64,000 bases of DNA, from sequence record MK773491.1; one strand, given 5' to 3'. The number at the start of each line of letters is the position of its first letter. Position 1 is the stretch's first letter. The position numbers and the translations under genes were made by a program. Of the stretch, positions 9,859-21,828 are shown piece by piece. The notes beneath the pieces were generated by a model. It had not been told where the DNA came from. It did no database searches and was given only the letters and a program-made list of their open reading frames with translations.

Positions 9859-10550
9859 TGAATGTACAAACCCAAATTGCACAAGTAGCTAATTTTATGA
9901 AAGCTGCTGGTCAAGAAATCAATATTACACCAACAGCAGTAAGTCTAGGTGTTGCAAATCTACGTTATAATCTAATCATTGAAGAGATCGCAGGTAGGAA
10001 TGAATTTCAATACTGTTCCGAACGTGATGACCTTGTTGGTATGCTAGATGGTCTATGTGATATTCTTTATGTTGTATATGGTGCAGCACTAACCTTTGGT
10101 GTTAAAATTAAAAGTACTGAAGTAGCTCATGGCATCGCGGCTGGTAAATTAGCTCCTGCACATATTTCAATTGACGCAGCTAAGAATATGATTTTCGATA
10201 GTGATCAATTTGTAGTAGGATACAAAACAGGAAATCTACATCTAGTAGAACAATCATTAACGAACATTGTTAATGTTGTTTATGAGTATGCTCGCGTGAT
10301 TAATGTTGATTTATCTGGTGCATTCAATGAAGTTCATCAATCTAACATGAGCAAGTTCAGCCCTACTAAAGAACATGCAGAAGAAAGTGCAGCGACTCGT
10401 CTAATTAAAGGTGATGAGAAATATCGCAATATTTATGTTGACAGTGTAACTATTGATGGTGAAACATTGTGGATGATCAAACGCACTGAAGATAACAAGA
10501 TTCTAAAAAGTCTTAATTTCTTTGAGCCTGATCTAAAAAAATATGTATAA
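9858..10550 (+). CDS. MazG-like NTP pyrophosphohydrolase (DR2231-type)
   Basis: LIIEE, DGLCDILYVVYG, AFNEVHQSNMSK; start set at 9858 from GGAG spacing. Confidence 0.8.
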   Translation: MNVQTQIAQVANFMKAAGQEINITPTAVSLGVANLRYNLIIEEIAGRNEFQYCSERDDLVGMLDGLCDILYVVYGAALTFGVKIKSTEVAHGIAAGKLAPAHISIDAAKNMIFDSDQFVVGYKTGNLHLVEQSLTNIVNVVYEYARVINVDLSGAFNEVHQSNMSKFSPTKEHAEESAATRLIKGDEKYRNIYVDSVTIDGETLWMIKRTEDNKILKSLNFFEPDLKKYV

Positions 10551-10554
10551 AGAA

Positions 10555-10576
10555 AAAGGAGGCTTTTGCCTCCTTT
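10555..10576. terminator. bidirectional terminator between convergent genes
   Basis: AAAGGAGGC-tttt-GCCTCCTTT. Confidence 0.85.
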
Positions 10577-10583
10577 AATTATG

Positions 10584-11987
<1,404 letters not shown>

Positions 11988-12010
11988 TTATTTTGTTTTT
12001 GTTATGTAAC

Positions 12011-12016
12011 TATTTA
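12011..12016 (-). promoter_or_regulatory. late-like promoter TAAATA for the holin-like pair
   Basis: TATTTA on + strand, about 40 nt upstream of the 11972 start. Confidence 0.45.
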
Positions 12017-12036
12017 GCAACAAAATATGATTTTTT

Positions 12037-12065
12037 GGGACAAATCGGAAATGATGTGATATAAT
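12037..12065 (+). promoter_or_regulatory. phage promoter, class GGGACAAA-N10-TGTGATATAAT
   Basis: GGGACAAA 12037-12044, TGTGATATAAT 12055-12065. Confidence 0.75.
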
Positions 12066-12095
12066 ATAAAAACATACAACTAACGAGGAACATAT

Positions 12096-12509
12096 ATGTT
12101 GGATATTGTTGTAAATCTTATAGGTATAATATTCTTTACAATATTAGCGGCTTCTGGCTTTACACTAACTGCACAAATATTTTTGTGGGTGAGTGTCTTT
12201 GTTTTTTCTGTTCTAACATTCATCGCATGGATTACGGTAGAACATAACAAAAATCTTTATAAAAGTGGGAAAAGATTATCAAAAGATTTTATTCAAATGA
12301 TACCACTTTTAGCAAATACAGATTTTGATACAAAATGTGCACACATTTTCTGTGCAAGTATTATTATTGCAATCATTGCATTTTACTTACTACATGTTGT
12401 ATTTCTATCAATTGCAGTTATAGCAGTAATGATTTTACGCATTGTAGTACTACAGAATATAAAGGAGTTTATTCGTAATGTCGAAAATGATCCTAGCCAC
12501 GAACAGTAA
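12096..12509 (+). CDS. hypothetical multi-pass membrane protein
   Basis: About 4 hydrophobic segments, GAGGA RBS. Confidence 0.7.
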   Translation: MLDIVVNLIGIIFFTILAASGFTLTAQIFLWVSVFVFSVLTFIAWITVEHNKNLYKSGKRLSKDFIQMIPLLANTDFDTKCAHIFCASIIIAIIAFYLLHVVFLSIAVIAVMILRIVVLQNIKEFIRNVENDPSHEQ

Positions 12510-12981
12510 TGGTGGAATTGGTATAAACAATACGATTCCTTGGCATAGTTCAGCAGATTTTAAACACTTCAAAGAAGAGACTATGGATAAAATCGTTATT
12601 ATGGGTTTTAACACTTGGAAGTCTCTACCTAAACGCCCACTACCCGGACGATTAAACATCGTCCTTCTTTCTCGCGAGTACAGTAAAGAGAACCGCGATG
12701 ATGTTGATAAAGATACTTCAGTACTCTTTCTTGATATCGAAAACTTAGAAAGTATTATTGCTAATAACCCCGATTGTGTTGTCATCGGTGGAGCTAAAAT
12801 TTATGAAGAAGCAATAAAGTATGTTGATACAATTGTACTAAGTATAATTGAGGGGGAGCATGAGTGTGATACCTTTTTTAATATTCACACCCATGCAAGG
12901 GAAGAGAACGTTCATTTAGAATTGGGTTTGGTTAAAATGTTAGATGATGGAACTATGGTAGAATATTGGAATACTATATAA
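12478..12981 (+). CDS. frd: dihydrofolate reductase
   Basis: GGIGINNTIPW, DFKHFK, VIMGFNTWKSLP.RPLPGRLNIVL, VIGGAKIY. Confidence 0.95.
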   Translation: MSKMILATNSNGGIGINNTIPWHSSADFKHFKEETMDKIVIMGFNTWKSLPKRPLPGRLNIVLLSREYSKENRDDVDKDTSVLFLDIENLESIIANNPDCVVIGGAKIYEEAIKYVDTIVLSIIEGEHECDTFFNIHTHAREENVHLELGLVKMLDDGTMVEYWNTI

Positions 12982-12995
12982 TTGGGGTATAAAGG

Positions 12996-13430
12996 ATGTA
13001 TACGATTTACACTGATGGATCATGTTTAGGCAATCCGGGGCCGGGTGGTGTTGGGATTGTAGTACTTAAAGATGGAGAGGAAATTGGTCGCTTCTCTTTT
13101 GGTGAGAAGCACACCACAAACAACCGAATGGAACTACTTGCAGCCATGAGTGGAATTGCATACGTTAAAGAAACTTTTGGTTATGATAGTAAGATAAAGG
13201 TAATAACTGATTCTCAATATGTCGTGAACGGAATGACACAATGGAGACATGGTTGGAAGAAAACAAATTGGAAAGGTTGTAAAAAGAATCTAGATTTGTG
13301 GAAAGAGATTGATGTTTTGGGGGATGATTGTGAATTTGGATGGGTTCGCGGTCATAACAAAGACCATTACAATGAAATAGCTGATGACTTAGCACAAGCA
13401 GCAGCACATGAGGCGAAGGAGACGCAATGA
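12996..13430 (+). CDS. rnhA: ribonuclease HI
   Basis: YTDGSCLGNPGPGG, TNNRMEL, TDSQYV, KNLDLW, WVRGH, NEIADDLA. Confidence 0.95.
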   Translation: MYTIYTDGSCLGNPGPGGVGIVVLKDGEEIGRFSFGEKHTTNNRMELLAAMSGIAYVKETFGYDSKIKVITDSQYVVNGMTQWRHGWKKTNWKGCKKNLDLWKEIDVLGDDCEFGWVRGHNKDHYNEIADDLAQAAAHEAKETQ

Positions 13431-14773
13431 GTAATATCACGCTTACGGACAAGCAACAAGAAGTATATGATGATTTCATAGACCGAGTACACAACTTTCC
13501 GGGTCGTTCCGAATGTGTTCTAGTTGGTTATGCTGGTACTGGTAAAACAACACTAGTAGCTGAAATTGTCGAAAGTTTATATAGAGGCTATAATATAGCT
13601 GTAACATCACCAACACATAAAGCAAACTCGGTCATCCGAAAAATGCTTACACAAAATGTTGGCCTAAGTGCACAAGATGCACAAGTAAGTACTATACATT
13701 CTTTTTTAGGATTGAAACTAGTTTATGAAAAGAATCGTCAAGTACTAAAGCATGATCCACAATCTAAAAATAGTACATCTATGGTTGATGTTCTTATCGT
13801 TGATGAATGTTCTATGATTTCTGAGGAATTGTATCAGCATATCGTTGACCAGATGTATCGTGTTCGACGTGCTATTTTGTTCGTGGGAGATTCCTGTCAG
13901 TTACCACCCGTTGAAGCGGAAGGTACTATTGGTGAATCTAAACTAAGTCCGACCTTTAATGTACCAGTAAAATATGAACTTACTGAAGTACTTCGTCAAG
14001 CGTTGGATAATCCAATTATTAGTATCGCAACTGCGATTCGTGAGTGTATCGGAACTAATGGTGATCCATTGGCAATCCTTGATACTACTTACGGACTTGA
14101 TACCATCATCCCAATCGACGATGAACAAGTATTCTTGGATGTATATAAAGAAATGATTCTTGAGCATAAGGGTTCTTCTAAGAAAATCTTTGATTTTGTT
14201 CAAGAAAACAAGATTATTGCGTACACAAACTATCGTGTTAGCCTTTCTAATATTTATATCCGAAGCGAATTATTTGATAAACATCAAGACGTTGAATTCA
14301 TAAAAGGTGAACCAATTGTCTTTGATACTGTTACTGAGAACTGCCCCTATGCGAATCAGGAAATTATTCAATGTCCTGAAGTACGCAAAGAGAGTTTCTT
14401 GGGGATTGATTGTTGGCAATTCAAACTACCTAATGGAAACTATATTCTAGGTGTTGGGCCAGAGTCCAAACAAGGTCTCGACGACTATCTAGATGATTTG
14501 GTGAAGAAGATTGAAAAGAAAGATATGAATCCTCTAACCAAACGTGCATATCAATGGCAAGACTATTACATTATCAAAAACAAAATCAACATCATTAACT
14601 ATCCATATGCTACGACAGCACATAAATCTCAGGGTAGTACTTTTGATAATATTTGGTTTGATACTGATTTCATCGAACGTATTCGTAATAATGATACCAA
14701 ATGTCGTATCATTTATACTGCGATGACTCGCCCACGATACAATGTTATGTTCCGTAAAAATGGAATGTTCTAA
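13427..14773 (+). CDS. dda: Dda-like SF1B DNA helicase
   Basis: GYAGTGKTT, SPTHKA, TIHSFL, DECSMI, GDSCQLPPV, LTEVLRQ, YATTAHKSQGST, YTAMTR. Confidence 0.92.
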   Translation: MSNITLTDKQQEVYDDFIDRVHNFPGRSECVLVGYAGTGKTTLVAEIVESLYRGYNIAVTSPTHKANSVIRKMLTQNVGLSAQDAQVSTIHSFLGLKLVYEKNRQVLKHDPQSKNSTSMVDVLIVDECSMISEELYQHIVDQMYRVRRAILFVGDSCQLPPVEAEGTIGESKLSPTFNVPVKYELTEVLRQALDNPIISIATAIRECIGTNGDPLAILDTTYGLDTIIPIDDEQVFLDVYKEMILEHKGSSKKIFDFVQENKIIAYTNYRVSLSNIYIRSELFDKHQDVEFIKGEPIVFDTVTENCPYANQEIIQCPEVRKESFLGIDCWQFKLPNGNYILGVGPESKQGLDDYLDDLVKKIEKKDMNPLTKRAYQWQDYYIIKNKINIINYPYATTAHKSQGSTFDNIWFDTDFIERIRNNDTKCRIIYTAMTRPRYNVMFRKNGMF

Positions 14774-14976
14774 TGAAAGATAAAGAAGAATATGAATATC
14801 AAGCTCATAAATTCGTGTTCAGTAAAACCGTTGGTAAACAGTACTGCGTATATTGTGGTTTAGTGAATACCAATAATGATTTCACGAAATGGGCGGTAGG
14901 AAAAGGGTGTTTGAATGCTTTACACCCTTCATATAAAAGTGTTAAACGGAAATACACTAATCGTTTTGATTTTTAA
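14773..14976 (+). CDS. small protein with CxxC/His (possible Zn-binding)
   Basis: 67-aa ORF with YCVYCG. Confidence 0.6.
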   Translation: MKDKEEYEYQAHKFVFSKTVGKQYCVYCGLVNTNNDFTKWAVGKGCLNALHPSYKSVKRKYTNRFDF

Positions 14977-15014
14977 AAATAAATAAGAAAAAGTGTTCTT
15001 TATGGAGAAATAAG

Positions 15015-15554
15015 ATGAACAATTTATTCAAAGCATTTACAATCAAGGTTCCCGGTCAAGATCTAGATGATAAGCGTTTCTTCGAGTATGAAGATTTCGA
15101 TTCATCCGATATGACCACACCAACTGACGAACAAGTGCTAGCGAAAGCTATCGCTTATACTCGTATGCAACAAATCAAACGTAAGCTATCAGAACTAACT
15201 GTACCAATTTATTGCACTGTTGAATTTGCAACAGAAGGTACAGCAAGTACTGTTCCATCAGATGCTACTATTACTGTTGGTTACATTAGCTACGAGCCAT
15301 TTGTTAGTACTGCTGACCCGATTCCAGATGAAGAATCTGCACAAATTACTGCTGCTGAAGAGGCAATCAAGAAAATCATTGATGATGCAATGGGTAGTGA
15401 ACTAGTTCAAGAAATGGCTGCTGTACAGAAAATCACATCACGTACTATTACGCCTCTACTAACTAAGGAAGAAAGTTATCGTGATGTATATATGGATTAC
15501 ATTGATGTACCTTCAGTCACGGTATCCAGTACTGTAGCATTCGTTAAACTATAA
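15015..15554 (+). CDS. hypothetical protein (probably late/structural)
   Basis: GGAG RBS, TAAATA upstream at about 14980. Confidence 0.7.
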   Translation: MNNLFKAFTIKVPGQDLDDKRFFEYEDFDSSDMTTPTDEQVLAKAIAYTRMQQIKRKLSELTVPIYCTVEFATEGTASTVPSDATITVGYISYEPFVSTADPIPDEESAQITAAEEAIKKIIDDAMGSELVQEMAAVQKITSRTITPLLTKEESYRDVYMDYIDVPSVTVSSTVAFVKL

Positions 15555-15564
15555 TATTTTTAGC

Positions 15565-15777
15565 ATGGAGTCTATTGACATGGAACAGAAAGCCTTTTAT
15601 AATCGTATGTATGAAAACCGTGAAGCATTTGAAAAAGTGATTTACGAGTTGGAACAAATGATTGACCAAGCACCTAATGCTCGCACACGCACCCAAGCTG
15701 AGTTGGCTAAGAACCAACTTATTCAGGTACAAATGATTGCTGATGCATTTCGTGAATATAGTAACAAAAAGGGTTGA
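15565..15777 (+). CDS. hypothetical coiled-coil protein
   Basis: 70-aa ORF. Confidence 0.6.
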   Translation: MESIDMEQKAFYNRMYENREAFEKVIYELEQMIDQAPNARTRTQAELAKNQLIQVQMIADAFREYSNKKG

Positions 15778-15802
15778 CAGCCCTTTTTAAATGACATATA
15801 AT
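15774..15802 (+). promoter_or_regulatory. consensus sigma70 promoter (overlaps a terminator hairpin)
   Basis: TTGACA 15774-15779, 17 nt, TATAAT 15797-15802. Confidence 0.85.
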
Positions 15803-15836
15803 ATACATAACTTAATACGACTGGAGTCTATAATAC

Positions 15837-16343
15837 ATGAAAGAAATTATTGCCAATAAAGAAATCAAAGCTAAAACTGTTCGTCTAGTCACTGGCAGTG
15901 GTAGTGATGTAGTGGCAATTTCAGAAGCACTTAACCGTGCTGACGCATTGGGTCTTGACCTCATTCAAGTGAATGATGGTGATGTGCCTGTGGTTAAAAT
16001 TGTGGATTTGAACAAACACAAGTTCGAACTCAAACAAGCAGAAAAAGAAGCACAACGTAAGCAGCGTCAGAACGTAACGCAAGTTAAAGAAGTTCAGTTC
16101 TCGTTCAAAACACAAGAGAATGATCTTAAAGTAAAAGCGAAATCTGCTTCCAAATTCCTTTCAGAAGGAAAACATGTTCGTGTCGTAATGGCAGTTGAAG
16201 GGCGTATCGCTGGTAACCAAGCACTACTAGAACAGAATACATCCTTCTTGAAACAATTCGTAAATCGTCTCGGTGATGTAGAATTTGTTCAAAATGTTGA
16301 AGTACAGGGCAAAAAAGCCACGTGTGTAATCAAGAACAAATAA
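15837..16343 (+). CDS. infC: translation initiation factor IF-3
   Basis: NKEIKAKTVRLV, ALNRADALGLDLIQV, PVVKIVD..KHKFE, VKEVQF, DLKVKAK, GKHVRV. Confidence 0.93.
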   Translation: MKEIIANKEIKAKTVRLVTGSGSDVVAISEALNRADALGLDLIQVNDGDVPVVKIVDLNKHKFELKQAEKEAQRKQRQNVTQVKEVQFSFKTQENDLKVKAKSASKFLSEGKHVRVVMAVEGRIAGNQALLEQNTSFLKQFVNRLGDVEFVQNVEVQGKKATCVIKNK

Positions 16344-16355
16344 CGAGGTATTAAT

Positions 16356-16907
16356 ATGAAACAACTTGAAGTACAGGAAGTATTCTCCCTAGATTCATAT
16401 AGTGTTATCAAAGCATCTTATGGGGAATCTAATTATTACATCGCTGGTAAACATGACATTACTGACTACGTTAATGCAGTAGCACGTGGTTCACAAGAGC
16501 GTAATGTCAATAAGAATGTACTTGAAGAAGGTTTACGTTTATTCTTCAGGCATAATCCCGAAAAAGATGTACTTAATGTACCCACATTCGACCTAGTACT
16601 CTATGATGACCCAAACACTTCTGCTGAATATGTTATGGAAATGTGCATGGATCTATTTCATTACAATGAGGAACAGGCAGAAGCAGTTGTTAAAGCTCTA
16701 AACGGTAAAGAACATTGCTATGCAGTTGGTTCTTTCACTGAAGAAATGTGTATTACTTATGCATCAATGTTCATGAATGGAAATCAGCAGCTAAATCAAA
16801 ATCTTGGGGTTGACTATATCCCCAATCCAATTAAGCCTCAAAGCTATGAAGCAGCGATGGCAACGTTAGAAAACTTAATCCGTCGCGATTACCCTAACGA
16901 TATCTAA
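16356..16907 (+). CDS. clpS: ClpS-like N-degron adaptor with N-terminal extension
   Basis: LVLYDDPNTSAEYVMEMCMDLFHYNEEQA..GSFTEE parallels ClpS (VILVNDDYTPMEFV..F.YDVERA..GVFTAE). Confidence 0.7.
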   Translation: MKQLEVQEVFSLDSYSVIKASYGESNYYIAGKHDITDYVNAVARGSQERNVNKNVLEEGLRLFFRHNPEKDVLNVPTFDLVLYDDPNTSAEYVMEMCMDLFHYNEEQAEAVVKALNGKEHCYAVGSFTEEMCITYASMFMNGNQQLNQNLGVDYIPNPIKPQSYEAAMATLENLIRRDYPNDI

Positions 16908-16913
16908 TCAAAT

Positions 16914-19069
<2,156 letters not shown>

Positions 19070-21706
19070 ATGCCTAGTAAATCAAAAGCACAAGCAAGAT
19101 TCTTCGCGGCAGCAGCACACAACCCTGACTTTGCTAAAAAGGCAGGGATTTCATCTAGTGCAGCCAAAGAATGGAATCAGGCAGATAAAAAAGCAGGAAC
19201 TCTCAAGAAAGGTTCCAAAAAACCAGAACGTGTTAAAGAAGAAATCCTCGACGAAGAAATTCTAGATGAAGCGAGTGGTGTTGGTAATTTTCCAGTACCA
19301 CCATCTTCAATGAAGTTAATTAGAAAATATGCTTCATCTATTCTTTTAACATATGCATATAAATCCTACCAGAAATATGCTAACAGTACTGATGATGATG
19401 AATTGGATAAGCTAGCAGCTAAGAAGATTTTACCATTCTTACAGCGTTTCCAGAAGAAATTCGATGCTTCAGTACTAAATGATGCAAGTATGAAGCGTTA
19501 TGTTAACCAAAGTATTAGTGTACCATTAGATCACGAAGCTGTGTTTAATGAGTTGCCTAAATCTTTGCAAACAGAAAAAGTTCATGCTATTATTAATAAA
19601 ATGCGTCTATTCATTACATTCGATGCACGATATGGCAGTAGGGCTGGTGGTCATGCTAGACAGATCAATGCAAACACAACAGAAATTGTATTGGCACTAC
19701 ATCCAAGTTATTATGAATTTAGCGTTGCTGGCGGTACTGATAGTCTAGAAAATACTATGCACCAACTACAATATTTCATGAGTGGTATTGACCATGAAGT
19801 ACAACATGCTTTTCAACAGATTGTGACTGCTCAAGTAAGTTCTGAAAATGATAAGAATAGAGAACAGAAACAAGGTTATGGTAGTATGGACGATGCATAT
19901 TTTGCAAGTGGTGTTGAATTTGGCCCACAAACACAAGATATGATTAACATTGCCAATCACTGGCTTGAAATTCAAAATGATGAAGGGAAACTATCCGGTA
20001 AGCCAAATGTGGACATTTCAAACGCGATTAAGTACGTTATGAATCGCATGAAAACAACACAGGGTCGTATCTATAAAGCATTAATGAATTATAAAGAAGA
20101 TGGTAGAGCCAAAAAACACTTAGCATTAATTTATAAAGGTATTGCTAAAGAGTACGAAAATATTTTAAATCAAGAAGAACACGGTGATTTAGATTTAGAA
20201 CCAAAAGAAGTTGATGGTGGTGATGCAGAAAATCGCGTATACCATTCAAATACAAATGGCCCAGATGATGAAGCTGATCCAAATAATCCGATGGTTAAGA
20301 TTTATCGCAAGTTAGAACGCTACGGCATGTTGCCATATAGTATAGAAGAGAAACGTGAACATGGTAAAAGAGTTGATATAACTCAAAACCCATATAACGA
20401 CCCATCTAATATGGTTTATGCAACAACTGATGGTGGCATTGTGCGTTTCTGGCATCGCAATAACGTAATTGAAATTCAAGCGTGGTCTGATGGTAAAAAC
20501 CCTTCAGATGGAAATATGGTTTCAGTTAATATTCCTGAAGATAAAGTATCTATTGTCATTGATAATTCAAATATGTTTGATAATTTTAAATCCATTGAGA
20601 ACTTCACAAAAACTGCGGAACAAGATATGAATGCAGTTACTATGTCTATCGATGAAATAGCAGATCAATTCCAATCATGGTACGATAATGCGGCTTTCTG
20701 GTATGATGATACTGAAGGTAAAGGTTTAAACTTTGAATTAGATGAAGGAACGGTGTTCTTTAATTTAAAAGGAACACGTTATTCAATGTATATTCAAGAA
20801 GCATTAAAAGATGCAGCAGTACTTTACAATACTACAACAGAAGAAGAAATTGGATACATTAAGTACTCAGATCTTGAAGAGGTAATGACTTCTATTTTCT
20901 CTTTATATTTCCAAGGAACAGAACGCCAATTCAACAGGCTAATTAAAAATCTAGGAACAAGCTCAGGATATATTGATATGAAATCTTTAGATGAAACATG
21001 GAAATATGTTGTTGATAGTTCCAAGAAACCAGTAGAAGAATCTTCTATGCGTGGTTTCATGGATTTAGTACAAGATGCGGAAATTGCAGATAGTATTGAT
21101 CAAGCTGATAAAATGACACTTTCAAATCTAGAGCGTCGTAAAGCTAAAAAAAGTAATGATAATATCAATCAATTAGGAGAAGAAGAACAATTAGATGAAA
21201 TGCCACAGCGTTTTGATTCATTCCAAGGTCAAAATCCTGATGAATTTGTTGATAAAACTGCTGAACTAACTGGTAAGAGTAATTTAGTTCCTTTTTCCGA
21301 GCATCCAAACTTTACTGTAATGCGTAATAAGAACTATACTGGTTTTATTGCATTTGATAAAGAAGGTAAACAAATTGCTGTAGTTAGTGGTCATCTATCA
21401 CAAGATGCAGTACTAGGTGTTAAGAATGTATTTGAAGTAGCTGCGACCGCATCTAAGACTTCAGTCAAAGGTGTTATGTATCAAATCTTCATGGATATGA
21501 TTAACGCTGGTATTTCAGTACTAAGCGACACTTTACATTCTGATAGTGCTATTAAATTCTGGACTCGCTTAATCAGTTCACATAATGTATATGTTGTGGG
21601 TGATGGTGAAGTTCTAGCAAAAGCAACACCAGAAAAAGTACACAAGTACTGGAGTGATGATGAGAACAGCCCAAGTGCTGAACTTCAACTTCTCTTAACG
21701 AAGTGA
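19070..21706 (+). CDS. large putative head-internal protein: HExxH domain plus C-terminal GNAT-like domain
   Basis: DHEVQH, YFASGVEFGPQ; repeated EEILDE; C-terminal VLSDTLHSDSAIKFWTRL. Confidence 0.6.
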   Translation: MPSKSKAQARFFAAAAHNPDFAKKAGISSSAAKEWNQADKKAGTLKKGSKKPERVKEEILDEEILDEASGVGNFPVPPSSMKLIRKYASSILLTYAYKSYQKYANSTDDDELDKLAAKKILPFLQRFQKKFDASVLNDASMKRYVNQSISVPLDHEAVFNELPKSLQTEKVHAIINKMRLFITFDARYGSRAGGHARQINANTTEIVLALHPSYYEFSVAGGTDSLENTMHQLQYFMSGIDHEVQHAFQQIVTAQVSSENDKNREQKQGYGSMDDAYFASGVEFGPQTQDMINIANHWLEIQNDEGKLSGKPNVDISNAIKYVMNRMKTTQGRIYKALMNYKEDGRAKKHLALIYKGIAKEYENILNQEEHGDLDLEPKEVDGGDAENRVYHSNTNGPDDEADPNNPMVKIYRKLERYGMLPYSIEEKREHGKRVDITQNPYNDPSNMVYATTDGGIVRFWHRNNVIEIQAWSDGKNPSDGNMVSVNIPEDKVSIVIDNSNMFDNFKSIENFTKTAEQDMNAVTMSIDEIADQFQSWYDNAAFWYDDTEGKGLNFELDEGTVFFNLKGTRYSMYIQEALKDAAVLYNTTTEEEIGYIKYSDLEEVMTSIFSLYFQGTERQFNRLIKNLGTSSGYIDMKSLDETWKYVVDSSKKPVEESSMRGFMDLVQDAEIADSIDQADKMTLSNLERRKAKKSNDNINQLGEEEQLDEMPQRFDSFQGQNPDEFVDKTAELTGKSNLVPFSEHPNFTVMRNKNYTGFIAFDKEGKQIAVVSGHLSQDAVLGVKNVFEVAATASKTSVKGVMYQIFMDMINAGISVLSDTLHSDSAIKFWTRLISSHNVYVVGDGEVLAKATPEKVHKYWSDDENSPSAELQLLLTK

Positions 21707-21726
21707 AAATCTGAAAGATAAATAAA

Positions 21727-21762
21727 ATCGGAAGCATCCTGTGATGTTTCCGATATTTTTTT
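21727..21762 (+). terminator. intrinsic terminator
   Basis: ATCGGAAGCATC-ctgt-GATGTTTCCGAT plus T tract. Confidence 0.7.
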
Positions 21763-21791
21763 GAGACAAAGAAGCAAAAATGTGATATAAT
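21763..21791 (+). promoter_or_regulatory. phage promoter, class GAGACAAA-N10-TGTGATATAAT
   Basis: GAGACAAA 21763-21770, TGTGATATAAT 21781-21791. Confidence 0.75.
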
Positions 21792-21828
21792 ATTAGAGCT
21801 AAGAAACAAAGAGACAAGGACAGCAAAA

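Noticed and set aside
19241-19272. Tandem near-repeat encoding EEILDEEILDE
   Set aside because: Two-copy coding duplication of a probable protease site, covered under the head-protein finding
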